64,000 nt of DNA from Bdellovibrionales bacterium (GCA_965237565.1 OZ250145.1:182860-246859); one strand, 5' to 3'. Shown: positions 46,970 through 56,902, numbered from the stretch's first letter. Numbers and translations: made by a program. Notes: generated by a model from the sequence alone, not told the origin.

Positions 46970-48046
46970 TTACCGTAATTTCAAAGTAGCTAAGCTGATA
47001 ACAGCTAGCAAACAAGCAACGATCCAAAAACGAACAATGATTTTTGCTTCGTCCATACCCTTTAATTCAAAATGATGATGAAGTGGAGCCATAAAAAAAA
47101 TTCTTCTACGAGTCAATTTAAAAGTCAGAACTTGTAAAATAACAGACAAAGCTTCTGCCACAAAAACACCTCCCAAAATCAAGAGAAGAAGTTCATTTTT
47201 ACTGAACACAGCTACCGTTCCTAAGAAGGCTCCTAAGCTCAAACTACCCACATCACCCATGAATATTTGTGCCGGATAAGAGTTATACCACAAAAAACCC
47301 AAGCCTCCGGCAACAACTGCTACAGCCAAGGGAACAATCTCGCCTGCCCCAGCTACAAAAGGAATCCCTAGGTAAAGAGCCACATTGAAATGACCTGCCA
47401 CATAGGCAAAAACAGCTAAAGCCCCTGCACAAACCATAACAGGAACAATTGCAAGACCATCCAAACCATCTGTGAGATTCACGGCATTGGCACAACCAGT
47501 AATCACAAGACTGCCAAAAATGATATAGAACCAAGAAAGATCAAAAAACAAATCCTTAAAAAAGGGAACATACAAGGTGGATTCTATTTGGGCAGTGTGA
47601 AGCAAAACTGCAAGCATAGTGGATGAAATAGCAAACTCATAGAGCAAACGATAGCGTGGAGGAATCCCTTTAAAATTTTTCCATCGGCTTTTTAGCAGAT
47701 CATCCCAAAATCCCACGGCACCAAAGCCAACTAGCATAGCTAAGGATCCCCATACTAATGGCTGTGATAAATCCACCCACAAAAAGGAAGTAAATAAAAG
47801 AGCAAATAAAACCAGACCTCCTCCCATGGTTGGCGTCCCACTTTTTTTCTGATGAGAGTCAGGGCCATCTGTATTGATCTTCTCGCCAAAAGCTTTTTTG
47901 TTTAACTTTCTGATAAAGTAGGGTGCAAAAAGCCAACAGATAAGAAAAGAAGTTAAGAATGATAAAAATGAACGGAAAGTAATGTAACGAAAAACATTAA
48001 ACCCTGAAATAAAATCAGATAAGTCAAACAGCCATTTATAAACCAT
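46970..48046 (-). CDS. mraY: Phospho-N-acetylmuramoyl-pentapeptide transferase
   Basis: KKSGTPTMGG, NAVNLTDGLDGLA and HHHFEL motifs. Polytopic membrane protein. Confidence 0.95.
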   Translation of the reverse strand: MVYKWLFDLSDFISGFNVFRYITFRSFLSFLTSFLICWLFAPYFIRKLNKKAFGEKINTDGPDSHQKKSGTPTMGGGLVLFALLFTSFLWVDLSQPLVWGSLAMLVGFGAVGFWDDLLKSRWKNFKGIPPRYRLLYEFAISSTMLAVLLHTAQIESTLYVPFFKDLFFDLSWFYIIFGSLVITGCANAVNLTDGLDGLAIVPVMVCAGALAVFAYVAGHFNVALYLGIPFVAGAGEIVPLAVAVVAGGLGFLWYNSYPAQIFMGDVGSLSLGAFLGTVAVFSKNELLLLILGGVFVAEALSVILQVLTFKLTRRRIFFMAPLHHHFELKGMDEAKIIVRFWIVACLLAVISLATLKLR

Positions 48047-48057
48047 AGAATCAAGCC

Positions 48058-49494
48058 TTAATAGACAAGAAAGTTTTCAGAGTCTAGAGGTTCAAGATGT
48101 TGTAAAATTTTTTCCATTCGCATTTTTCTTGAGGCTTTCAACGCTAACACGAAGGAAGGATTTAACATATTTATAATTTTTTTTGCAAGCTTCTCTTCAT
48201 AACTTGAAGATAAATAAATTTTGGCTGAACAAGAAGCCTCTCTCAAGGCCTTTCCTAACGAATCAGCCTGAGTTCCTATGAACCAAATGAGAAACACTTC
48301 ACTTTGGGATAAACGAGAAGCTAGTTTTTTTTGAAAAGCCTCCAACTTAGATCCTAACTCCAAAAAATCACCTAAAATCAAAATTTTTTTTCCTTTCACA
48401 ACAGGAGAGAAAAAATAATCTAACAAAGCCATAACACTTTCTGGACTGGCATTGTAAGCGTCGAAAAGAGCTTTGGCTCCGGAGGAAAGACGAAACCATT
48501 GATTTCGTCCGGATGGTAGATCGCAAAAAGGCAAGCTCTCCCAAACCTGAGCCGGCTTCAAGCCAGCCAGAAGAGCCAAACATCCCCCTGCCATCAAATT
48601 GTGTATATGAGCTTCACCGACTATGGGAACCTGTGTGGAAGCACTGACTCCTTGAAAATGACCAGAAACAACGAGATGAGAGACCGCAATTGTTTTCACT
48701 TCCAAAAACACATCAGCTTTTTTATTCTTTGTTGAAAAAGTAAGACATTCTTTTTTGGATTTTTGTGATTGAAAGCTTTTGTACATCGCATACGTGTGAG
48801 GATTATCCAAATTAAAAACGGCTTTAGCTTTGGGAGAAGAATGCAAATAAATTTGTTCTTTTTCTCTCGCAATCTCATCTTCACTACCCAAATTGCCAAT
48901 GTGGGCCTGTCCCACTTGAACAACAGTCACAATGTCAGGTCTAGCAATCTGACACAGAGATTGAATTTCTCCTTTGGCACTTGTTCCAATCTCTTGAATC
49001 AGAAAATCCGTACCCTCTCTGACATGCAAAAGGCTCAAAGGCACGCCATACTCATTGTTGAAACTCTTTGGATTCATTTGAACAGAAGTGAATTTTTCCA
49101 TTAATCGAAAACAAAAATGTTTTGTAGTAGTTTTTCCAACAGAGCCAGTAATGCCAATGACTGAAAAACCAATTTTTTCTCTCCAATGAATGCTTAGATT
49201 CTGCAAAGCTTTTAAAGTATCCTTCACTTGAATCACTGAGACAGAAAAAAAACGCCTAAGCATTTCATTTGAAACATTTGAGTGCACAACTAGGACAGCA
49301 ACTCCTTTTTTTAAAGCCTCCTCTATAAAATCATGTCCGTTCAAACGTTTCCCTTGGATGGCAAAAAATATCTTACCAGAAAGTTTTGCTTCTCTGGAAT
49401 CAATGGAAACACCTATTATTGGAAGCTCTTTTTTTGCCCTCTGGACCAACTGTCCATCCATCACTAAGCAAAGCTCTTGAACTTTTAATTTCAT
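48058..49494 (-). CDS. murF: UDP-N-acetylmuramoyl-tripeptide--D-alanyl-D-alanine ligase
   Basis: ITGSVGKTTTK P-loop, Mur ligase architecture. ATG 49494 (MKLKVQEL) is preferred over GTG 49506. Confidence 0.9.
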   Translation of the reverse strand: MKLKVQELCLVMDGQLVQRAKKELPIIGVSIDSREAKLSGKIFFAIQGKRLNGHDFIEEALKKGVAVLVVHSNVSNEMLRRFFSVSVIQVKDTLKALQNLSIHWREKIGFSVIGITGSVGKTTTKHFCFRLMEKFTSVQMNPKSFNNEYGVPLSLLHVREGTDFLIQEIGTSAKGEIQSLCQIARPDIVTVVQVGQAHIGNLGSEDEIAREKEQIYLHSSPKAKAVFNLDNPHTYAMYKSFQSQKSKKECLTFSTKNKKADVFLEVKTIAVSHLVVSGHFQGVSASTQVPIVGEAHIHNLMAGGCLALLAGLKPAQVWESLPFCDLPSGRNQWFRLSSGAKALFDAYNASPESVMALLDYFFSPVVKGKKILILGDFLELGSKLEAFQKKLASRLSQSEVFLIWFIGTQADSLGKALREASCSAKIYLSSSYEEKLAKKIINMLNPSFVLALKASRKMRMEKILQHLEPLDSENFLVY

Positions 49495-49524
49495 AAATAT
49501 TTGCACTTCTTTATTTGATCTTTT

Positions 49525-51009
49525 TTACTTGCTCTTCTTCATTAAATATTCTTTCGCTACTTCTACATCACTGAAAACTTTTCTTTCATTATTTACAATT
49601 TGCTCGGTTTCATGTCCTTTGCCTGCAATTAAAATAACATCTTCTGGGGTAGCCAAATCCAGAGCTTGCTCGATAGCCGACCTCCTATCTATTTCCAAAA
49701 TAAATTTTTTCTTATCCCCCACTCCCTTCATCGCATCTTGCATGATCTCCATAGGGTCTTCACTTCTTGGATTGTCGGAGGTCAAAATTACGAGGTCTGA
49801 AAAACGCCCCGCCACCTGTGCCATAAGGGGGCGCTTTTGTTGGTCACGCTCTCCTCCGCAGCCAAAGACGGTAATGAGACGACAGGATTTCAACAAATGT
49901 TGCTTTAAAAAAGACAACACTGCCTCCAAAGCATTTGGAGTGTGTGCATAATCCACAAATACTTGAGGCTTCAAATCGAAGGACACTCTTTCCATTCTCC
50001 CTCTGACACCTTTAAATTGGGAGAGAAGCTTCACTGCTCGTTCCAAAGAGAATCCGAGTGTGTGAACGGAGGCCAAAGCCGCTACTGCGTTAGAGACATT
50101 ATAGAGTCCTGGAATTCCAAGAGATATCTCCATTTTTTTCTTGTCAAACAATAACTGAAAGACTGTACCAAGCAAATTGCCCGACAAAATTTTCCAAGAA
50201 AATGTAGCTCCCTTTTCTCCGAAGGAAAGAAAAGGTGTTGTGATCTCACGAGACAATCTTACACCCATAGGGTCATCGAAATTCAAAATAGCAATAAAAT
50301 GACCACGATCAGAGGAATGGGATGACTGAAACAATTTTTTTTTTGCAAAATAATAACTTTCCATATTTTTGTGATAGTCCAAATGGTCTGTCGTGAGATT
50401 TGTAAAGACTCCGAGATTAAAATCTACACCTCTCACTCTTTCTTGATGCAAACCAATACTAGAAGCTTCCATCACAGTAGCTTGCACACCTGCCTCATAA
50501 AATTCATTCAACAAAGAGTAAAGTTCTACGGCAATTGGCGTGGTCAAAAAACTTTTTCTCATTTTATTGCCTATTATACCTGTTCTCACTGTGCCGATTT
50601 CGCCTGTCAACCAACCACATTGAGAAAGTATGAAAGAAATCATTTGAGCTACAGTGGTTTTCCCATTCGTGCCAGTGATCCCTATGCAAAACATTTTTTC
50701 AGAAGGAAAATCGTAAAATTCATTTAGCAAAACAGGTAAAATTTTACGAGTACTGGAAACCTTGCAAACCAAGCCTTTAAAATCCAAATCCTTCATACAT
50801 TCATCGTTTTCCACTACCAAAACAGAAGCTCCGTTTCGAATTGCTGAAGCTACATATTTGTGGCCATCGGTTTGATAACCTCTCAGGGCAACAAAGACAG
50901 AATTGGGTACGACTTTTTTAGGATCCGTATATATGGCAGAAATTTTATCCAATTGTTCCAAGCCAACAGAAGTCTTTAATGAAAGCAAACGATCTTCTAT
51001 GTTCATCAT
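49525..51009 (-). CDS. murE: UDP-N-acetylmuramoyl-L-alanyl-D-glutamate--2,6-diaminopimelate ligase
   Basis: ITGTNGKTT P-loop, DYAHTPNALE and TSDNPRSEDP (DNPR motif). Confidence 0.93.
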   Translation of the reverse strand: MMNIEDRLLSLKTSVGLEQLDKISAIYTDPKKVVPNSVFVALRGYQTDGHKYVASAIRNGASVLVVENDECMKDLDFKGLVCKVSSTRKILPVLLNEFYDFPSEKMFCIGITGTNGKTTVAQMISFILSQCGWLTGEIGTVRTGIIGNKMRKSFLTTPIAVELYSLLNEFYEAGVQATVMEASSIGLHQERVRGVDFNLGVFTNLTTDHLDYHKNMESYYFAKKKLFQSSHSSDRGHFIAILNFDDPMGVRLSREITTPFLSFGEKGATFSWKILSGNLLGTVFQLLFDKKKMEISLGIPGLYNVSNAVAALASVHTLGFSLERAVKLLSQFKGVRGRMERVSFDLKPQVFVDYAHTPNALEAVLSFLKQHLLKSCRLITVFGCGGERDQQKRPLMAQVAGRFSDLVILTSDNPRSEDPMEIMQDAMKGVGDKKKFILEIDRRSAIEQALDLATPEDVILIAGKGHETEQIVNNERKVFSDVEVAKEYLMKKSK

Positions 51010-51022
51010 ATATTTATCCTTA

Positions 51023-52957
51023 TCATTTGAGAATCAATCGCACAGTTCGATTCTTGGGAAGAGATTTTCCTGAAGATGGAATCATTCGTACCACTCGACC
51101 AGAACCCTTCACAACCAATTGAATTCTTGATTCACGAGCCAACTGGTAAGCCTTTCTCAAAGCTAAGCCAACAAAATTCGGAGCATCACCTATATTAAAA
51201 GCCAACCCCCTGTCCGTTATCTTTTTTTTGTCCTTCTTCTTCTTTTTTGTTTTTAAAATATTTTCCTCAGTAATTATAATAGGGGAGGCACCTGAACGCC
51301 TCACAGCGTACTCAGCGACATTTGCAAAAACTGGAGCAGCGACTCTAGAGCCATAAAACTTTTTTTGTGGTCGATCAACAACAACATAAATTGTGAAACG
51401 AGGATCATGAGCTGGAATGAAACCGGCAAAACTGGCTATGTACTGTCCTTTTATATATCCTCCTTTTTTTGAATCAACCACTTGAGCCGTCCCTGTCTTG
51501 CCAGCAACTAAAAAACCTTTCACTTTTGCTCTCCATCCTGTTCCTTTGTCAGAAACAGCCGAGATCAACATAACAGTTATCGCTTTTGCTTCCCTAGGGG
51601 TGAGTACAGTCCTTATATTTCTTGGTTCAAAATTTTCCTTCTCACCAGTTTTCGGATCAGAAATACTTTTCACCAAATAAGGCTGTTTTAAGATGCCTCC
51701 ATTGGCAATAGCCGAATAAGCCGTCACCATTTGCAAAGGCGTGGTTGTAATGGAATGGCCGAAACCAATAGTAGCTAACTGCAATTTTGTCCAAGGAGTT
51801 TGATTTAAAATACCAGAACTTTCTCCGGCAAGTTGAAAACCTAGCTTGGAACCAAAACCAAATTCTTTCAAACTTTGATACAAAAAATCAGTCCCCACAT
51901 CCAAAGCTACTTGGGCAGATCCAATATTCGAGGAGTGAGACAAAATTTCTCTTAGTGTGAGATTTTCAAATTGATAAGTAGATTCTGCTTCTTTTATGGT
52001 ATGGCCTCCCACGACCAAACGACCACCCATGCCATCGTAACTTTTGGAAGGAGGGATATTTTTTTTCAAAGCTGTTGCTATGACAAAAGGTTTGAACGTA
52101 CTTCCGGGTTCAAAGGCATCTGTGATGGAACGATTGCGAAAAAGTTGGGGCTGAGATTGAAAAGGATTATTCAAATTAAATGAAGGCACATGGGCCATAG
52201 CCAAAATTTCACCAGTTTGGGGTTTCATTATCAGACCCAAAGCTGAATGGGCAGAATAAGTTTTTTTTACCTTTCTTAATTCCTTTTCAAAAAAAAATTG
52301 TAAATCACTATCAATAGTTAAATAAATATCAGCTCCATTGCCTTTAAAATTTATCAGATCTTTGATTGTATCAACGAACAGAGGTCGACCCATGGCATCT
52401 TTTTGAACCAATACTTTCTTTTCTTCGCCACTCAAAACCTTATCGTAACTGAGTTCAACACCTTCCAGACCATACCCATCATGACCAACGAAACCAAGAG
52501 TTTGAGCTATCAAAGATCCATTGGGATAAACTCTTTTTGGTTCTTCCAAAACAGCTAAGCCAGACAATTTCCACGAACGAATTTTATCCCAATCTTTATC
52601 CTTGATGTGCCTTTTTAACCATACGAATCGGCGCCTTTTGTTCCGAATTTTCTTATAGATCAAATGAGAGGGAATTTTTAAAATCCGTGCCAATTTTTTG
52701 GCAACCACTTTAGGAAATTTTATCAATGAGGGGTCGGCAAAAAGTGAATGAGAAGAAACAGTTATCGCCAGTTCCCTGCCATGACGATCATAAATAGTGC
52801 CTCTACGAGGTTTGAGTTGAATGCTTGTTTCAAAATTTCTTTTCTGAGCAGAAATCAAACGATCATCTGGAAAAAACTGAAGCAAAGCTCCTCGCACGAT
52901 AAAAAAAGCGTAGAAAAAAACAAGAGCAAAATAGACAAAAATAATTCTGGATTTCAT
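51023..52957 (-). CDS. ftsI: Peptidoglycan D,D-transpeptidase FtsI (class B PBP) with C-terminal PASTA-like domain
   Basis: N-terminal TM, STFKP (SxxK), SSN and KTGTA motifs. Lys-rich linker KTKKKKKDKKK, then APNFVGLALRKAYQLARESRIQLVVKGSGRVVRMIPSSG (PASTA pattern). Confidence 0.9.
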   Translation of the reverse strand: MKSRIIFVYFALVFFYAFFIVRGALLQFFPDDRLISAQKRNFETSIQLKPRRGTIYDRHGRELAITVSSHSLFADPSLIKFPKVVAKKLARILKIPSHLIYKKIRNKRRRFVWLKRHIKDKDWDKIRSWKLSGLAVLEEPKRVYPNGSLIAQTLGFVGHDGYGLEGVELSYDKVLSGEEKKVLVQKDAMGRPLFVDTIKDLINFKGNGADIYLTIDSDLQFFFEKELRKVKKTYSAHSALGLIMKPQTGEILAMAHVPSFNLNNPFQSQPQLFRNRSITDAFEPGSTFKPFVIATALKKNIPPSKSYDGMGGRLVVGGHTIKEAESTYQFENLTLREILSHSSNIGSAQVALDVGTDFLYQSLKEFGFGSKLGFQLAGESSGILNQTPWTKLQLATIGFGHSITTTPLQMVTAYSAIANGGILKQPYLVKSISDPKTGEKENFEPRNIRTVLTPREAKAITVMLISAVSDKGTGWRAKVKGFLVAGKTGTAQVVDSKKGGYIKGQYIASFAGFIPAHDPRFTIYVVVDRPQKKFYGSRVAAPVFANVAEYAVRRSGASPIIITEENILKTKKKKKDKKKITDRGLAFNIGDAPNFVGLALRKAYQLARESRIQLVVKGSGRVVRMIPSSGKSLPKNRTVRLILK

Positions 52958-52967
52958 TCTTTTATTC

Positions 52968-53267
52968 TCATTGAGGTACCGCTACCTTTTCACCGATAAT
53001 TAAAATTACCTGCCCGTCCTTAGCCCATTTTAACGTCATACGAGAGTGGGCCAGCTTTTCTAATCTCTCCGAACGAGTCAAACGAGCTTGAGCCAGAAGG
53101 TTCTTATAGTACCGATCCTGAAGAGTGCCATAAGATCTAGTCTTCACCAAGAAGGCGTAGCTCATTCTTCTCAACTCCATTTTACAAAACACAATCACGA
53201 ATAAAAAACTAATTACAATCAAAACATTAAAAAAAGGTTTTAAATTTTTTTCAGATAAATTAAGCAT
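52968..53267 (-). CDS. ftsL: Cell division protein FtsL-like
   Basis: ~100-aa bitopic protein (FFNVLIVISFLFVIVF) between rsmH and ftsI. ATG 53267 overlaps the rsmH stop. Called by position and topology only. Confidence 0.5.
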   Translation of the reverse strand: MLNLSEKNLKPFFNVLIVISFLFVIVFCKMELRRMSYAFLVKTRSYGTLQDRYYKNLLAQARLTRSERLEKLAHSRMTLKWAKDGQVILIIGEKVAVPQ

Positions 53268-54171
53268 GGCAGACACTTCGTTTTTCAAACACCCTTAGTT
53301 TGGCACTGCGAGCTCTTTGGTTTTTTTGTATTTCTTTTCTAGAAGTTTGAATCACTTTTTTAGTGAGATGAATCCCATGTTCTTTATGAGAAAGCTGAAA
53401 AACTTGTTTAACGATGCGATCCTCCAGAGAATGAAAGCTCAACACAAACAAGCGGCCTTTGGGATTCAAAGAGGCGATCATTTGAGGCAAGGTCTGCTTC
53501 AGACCGTCCAATTCGTCATTCACTCGTAAGCGAAGAGCCAAAAAATAAGGAGTAGCTGGATGTTGAGATTTTTTTTTCCAGCCCACTTTTTTTTCTATCA
53601 AAGCAGAGAGTTGCTTCGTGCTATGAAAAGGCGTTTGTTTTCTTGTTCGAATGATCTCTTTCACGACAGTGCCGGGATGGTAAATCTCTCCATAAGAGTA
53701 AAATAAATCTCTCAACTGTTTTTCATTCCAATCATTAATAATCTCCTTGGCAGAAAAATTTTGTGTTCTATCCATTCTCATGTCCAAGGGTCCATTTTTG
53801 TAAAAGCTAAAACCTCTTTCTGCCTGATCCAATTGCATGGAACTTACTCCCAAATCTAAAAGAATTATATCAAACCCTTTGCCTTTCAGAAAGGAAGAGA
53901 AATGCTTCTCCATTAAAAGTCCATACTCATGAAAATTACCATGTAATAAATGCACGGAACGGAAAAAATCAGGACTATCATTTTTTATGCTCCATTCCAC
54001 AGCTTCTTGGTCACGATCCAAGGCAATCACAAATAAGGAAGGCTTGTGAGCCAAAATAATCTTTGTATGCCCTCCTCTTCCGAAAGTGGCATCCAACATC
54101 CACATCTTTTTAGAAGAAGAAGGTAAAAGATTCACGATTTCATTAAGCAAAACCGGCTCATGCCCAAACAT
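53260..54171 (-). CDS. rsmH: 16S rRNA (cytosine1402-N4)-methyltransferase
   Basis: HEPVLLNE, DATFGRGGHT, DLGVSSMQLD and SFHSLEDRIVK motifs. Confidence 0.95.
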   Translation of the reverse strand: MFGHEPVLLNEIVNLLPSSSKKMWMLDATFGRGGHTKIILAHKPSLFVIALDRDQEAVEWSIKNDSPDFFRSVHLLHGNFHEYGLLMEKHFSSFLKGKGFDIILLDLGVSSMQLDQAERGFSFYKNGPLDMRMDRTQNFSAKEIINDWNEKQLRDLFYSYGEIYHPGTVVKEIIRTRKQTPFHSTKQLSALIEKKVGWKKKSQHPATPYFLALRLRVNDELDGLKQTLPQMIASLNPKGRLFVLSFHSLEDRIVKQVFQLSHKEHGIHLTKKVIQTSRKEIQKNQRARSAKLRVFEKRSVCHA

Positions 54172-54221
54172 GGCCTCACCTAGAAATTCTGAAAATTGTT
54201 AGGCAATCCAAAAGAGTCCTC

Positions 54222-54350
54222 CATTCACGAAACAATCTCCGCGTACCAATCCCTAGCTTACCAGTGCCATTTATCAAACAGTCTCTCAGTCTCTCATTTA
54301 CAAAACAGCCTCGCTCACCCCAGCCCCGCTTACAAAACAGTCTCTCATTC
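54222..54350. promoter_or_regulatory. Four imperfect direct repeats (plus-strand consensus ~CATTTAyAAAACAGTCTCTC) in the rsmH/hpt divergent region
   Basis: cattcacgaaacaatctcc (54223), catttatcaaacagtctctc (54268), catttacaaaacagcctcgctc (54295), gcttacaaaacagtctctc (54328). Confidence 0.3.
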
Positions 54351-54451
54351 GCGTCGATGCCCCTAAAGCCCATTGAAAAAGTACAAAAAAAGTGATAATA
54401 AAAACGGTAACTTTCGAAGCGACAGTCTAATCAGGAGGAAAAAAAGAGTCA

Positions 54452-54985
54452 ATGTTTGAAATGGAAACATCCGTTCTCATCAGCGAGGATAAGATAAAAA
54501 AAAGAGTCGGTGAGTTGGCCCAAGCCTTAAATCAAAAATTTAAGGAAGAAAAAGTGGTTGCCATCGGTATTCTCAAAGGTTCTTTCATGTTTTATTCAGA
54601 TTTGATTCGAGCTTTGACTTGCAAAGTTGTTTGTGATTTTTGCGCAACTTCTTGCTATGGAAATAAAAATAGACCTTCCACTGAAGTGAAATTTATCTTA
54701 GACACTTGTTTGGATATCCAACACCAAAACGTCTTGCTCATTGAAGATATTGTGGATCGAGGCTTAACTCTCTACGCTTTGCAATCCATTTTGAAAAATC
54801 GCAAACCCAAATCCTTGACAACTGTCACTTTAATTTCCAAACCAAAAAAAATCTCCTATGAATGCCAAATTGATTATGTAGGTTTTGAAATCAAAGAATC
54901 TTCCTTTTTGGTGGGATATGGCTTAGATTACCAAGAAAATTTTCGCCATTTACCTCACATTGCCGAGATCAGCAGTTTCAATTGA
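54452..54985 (+). CDS. hpt: Hypoxanthine phosphoribosyltransferase
   Basis: VLLIEDIVDRGLTL PRPP-binding motif, ~177 aa, LKGSFMF motif. Confidence 0.9.
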   Translation: MFEMETSVLISEDKIKKRVGELAQALNQKFKEEKVVAIGILKGSFMFYSDLIRALTCKVVCDFCATSCYGNKNRPSTEVKFILDTCLDIQHQNVLLIEDIVDRGLTLYALQSILKNRKPKSLTTVTLISKPKKISYECQIDYVGFEIKESSFLVGYGLDYQENFRHLPHIAEISSFN

Positions 54986-55024
54986 GTGAATGGGTTGATT
55001 TCAACCAGCCAAAACCTGCCACTT

Positions 55025-55702
55025 TCAATCAGCCAAATTTGAAAAATTCTTACGGCAAGAGTTTTCCATTTCATTATTAAGTTTCATCCAGTCACTTTCA
55101 TGATCCTGTTTCATCTGGATCAAATGATGAGAAATTTGTGAAAAAAGTTTGATTTGCTTGGCGGGCAGAATCGCTTCTCTGGAAGGAGGAGAAAAAGAAG
55201 CATAATTCATTTTAAAAAAACGATCCCAATCAAAACAGTGACCGGGATCAACTTTTCCCCTATAACCCGAAATGTGTTCGTGACCCAAAACACGCTCTGG
55301 ATCTTCTAAGGCAGGATAGCGGTTTTTTAATTCCTTGAGAAGCAAGCTTAAAGCTTCATACTGTGCAGAAGTATAAGGAAACAAATTCCCATTTTTATTA
55401 ACCAATTCCACTCCTATAGAAAAATCATTGAATTGTATCCAATTGCGTCCTTCCGATTGCCATCGACTAGCTCCAGCGTGGTACGCTCTGAGGAGAGGAC
55501 CTTTTAGACAAGAAACCGGTTCATAAACACTCCCATCTACGTCTACAACCAAATGACTAGAAACTTTTGTTTCGGGGTCCTGAAAAAGTTGAAGTGTTTT
55601 CGACAAGCTAGTTGCCGTGTAATGAAGAATTAAAAATTCCGCTTTGATTTCCTCAGGATCATGATTCGGTGAAGGAACCGATTGAGAGATGACAAATGGC
55701 AT
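55025..55702 (-). CDS. ampD: N-acetylmuramoyl-L-alanine amidase, AmpD-like (amidase_2)
   Basis: ILHYTA, SIGVELVN and LGHEHISGYRGKVDPG motifs. No signal peptide. Confidence 0.75.
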   Translation of the reverse strand: MPFVISQSVPSPNHDPEEIKAEFLILHYTATSLSKTLQLFQDPETKVSSHLVVDVDGSVYEPVSCLKGPLLRAYHAGASRWQSEGRNWIQFNDFSIGVELVNKNGNLFPYTSAQYEALSLLLKELKNRYPALEDPERVLGHEHISGYRGKVDPGHCFDWDRFFKMNYASFSPPSREAILPAKQIKLFSQISHHLIQMKQDHESDWMKLNNEMENSCRKNFSNLAD

Positions 55703-55800
55703 ATTTTTTATTATATTCAGTTTTTCTCACTTATGGCAAGATGACTTCATTTTTCCATAAGATGACTTCATTTTCTGCATAGATAGAGGAGAAAAACAAA

Positions 55801-56874
55801 ATGGATCAAGCTTTCACAGAGTCCTTTTGGCTTTGGGAGTTTTTGTTTCAAGTCGGAATCTTCGGAGCCAAAGTTTTAATTTTGGCCATTATTGTGCTTG
55901 CCACAGTTGGCATTTTGGTGAGCCTCGTGGGTTCAGCCCGTTCAGAATACAAAAAACTCCAAGTAAAAAAGAAATTAAAAGTAGAAAATATAGGTGAACA
56001 GTTGGAGTTGAATCGTTTAAAAATACAATCCATCTCTCTCTCTCCAAAAGAAATGAAAAAACAGTTGAAAGACCTCAAAAAACAAAAAAAACAGTTAGAA
56101 AAACAATCAAAATCTTGTGCTTATGTTCTGGATTTTCATGGGGACATAAAAGCTTCTCAAATAGAAAGTTTGCGTGAAGAAGTCTCTATTTTGATTCAGT
56201 CGGCTGATTCGAAAAAAGACGAAGTGATTTTGCGACTAGATAATGCCGGAGGAGCCGTTAACAAACACGGCTTTGCGGCTTCTCAATTGCAAAGATTAAG
56301 AGATCATGGATTTCATCTCACGGTTTGCGTGGATGAAATGGCTGCAAGCGGTGGATATCTAATGGCCTGCGTAGGTCACAAAATTTTATCAGCACCTTTT
56401 GCTTTTGTTGGTTCCATCGGTGTCATCGCACAATTGCCGAATTTTCATCGGTTTTTACAAAAACAAGATGTGGATTTTGAAGAACACTATGCCGGAAAAA
56501 ACAAAAGAACTCTTACTCTATTTGGAAAGAGTACAGAAGAGAAAAGAGAAAAACTGTGCCAACAACTGGATGAGATTCATGGGTTATTCAAATCCTATGT
56601 AGAAAAATACAGACCCAAAGCAGATTTTTCAAAAGTCACAACGGGGGAAGTGTGGTTAGGGATAAAAGCAAAGGAACTGGGTTTGGTGGATGAAATTTCA
56701 ACGAGTGATGATTTTATCCTATCATTATTGAATCAGAACAAAAAAGTTTACGCCATTAGCTTCAAAGAGGAGGAACAAAGCGGAATGGGGCGTTGGTTCA
56801 AACGAAAAGTCAGCCAAATGGAAAACCATTCTATTTTTTTGACGCTAAAAAAACTTCTACAAAAAATTATATAA
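55801..56874 (+). CDS. sohB: Protease SohB (peptidase S49)
   Basis: N-terminal TM, Lys-rich coiled linker, VDEMAASGGYLMAC (S49 catalytic Ser context). Confidence 0.8.
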   Translation: MDQAFTESFWLWEFLFQVGIFGAKVLILAIIVLATVGILVSLVGSARSEYKKLQVKKKLKVENIGEQLELNRLKIQSISLSPKEMKKQLKDLKKQKKQLEKQSKSCAYVLDFHGDIKASQIESLREEVSILIQSADSKKDEVILRLDNAGGAVNKHGFAASQLQRLRDHGFHLTVCVDEMAASGGYLMACVGHKILSAPFAFVGSIGVIAQLPNFHRFLQKQDVDFEEHYAGKNKRTLTLFGKSTEEKREKLCQQLDEIHGLFKSYVEKYRPKADFSKVTTGEVWLGIKAKELGLVDEISTSDDFILSLLNQNKKVYAISFKEEEQSGMGRWFKRKVSQMENHSIFLTLKKLLQKII

Positions 56875-56902
56875 GAAGATAGCCTTAGAAAAGCTCCTAA
56901 AA

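Noticed and set aside
49529-49951. The 140-aa plus-strand ORF inside murE. Similar antisense ORFs occur in ftsI, sucA, sucB, ctaA and the metzincin genes.
   Set aside because: All lie antisense within strongly supported genes and lack start context. They were treated as spurious.
54176-54373. The 65-aa ORF upstream of rsmH as a candidate mraZ.
   Set aside because: It is far shorter than MraZ (~150 aa). It has no duplicated SpoVT/AbrB-like pattern. Its repetitive peptide (NERLF.., NERLR.., RRLFREW) simply mirrors the DNA repeats.
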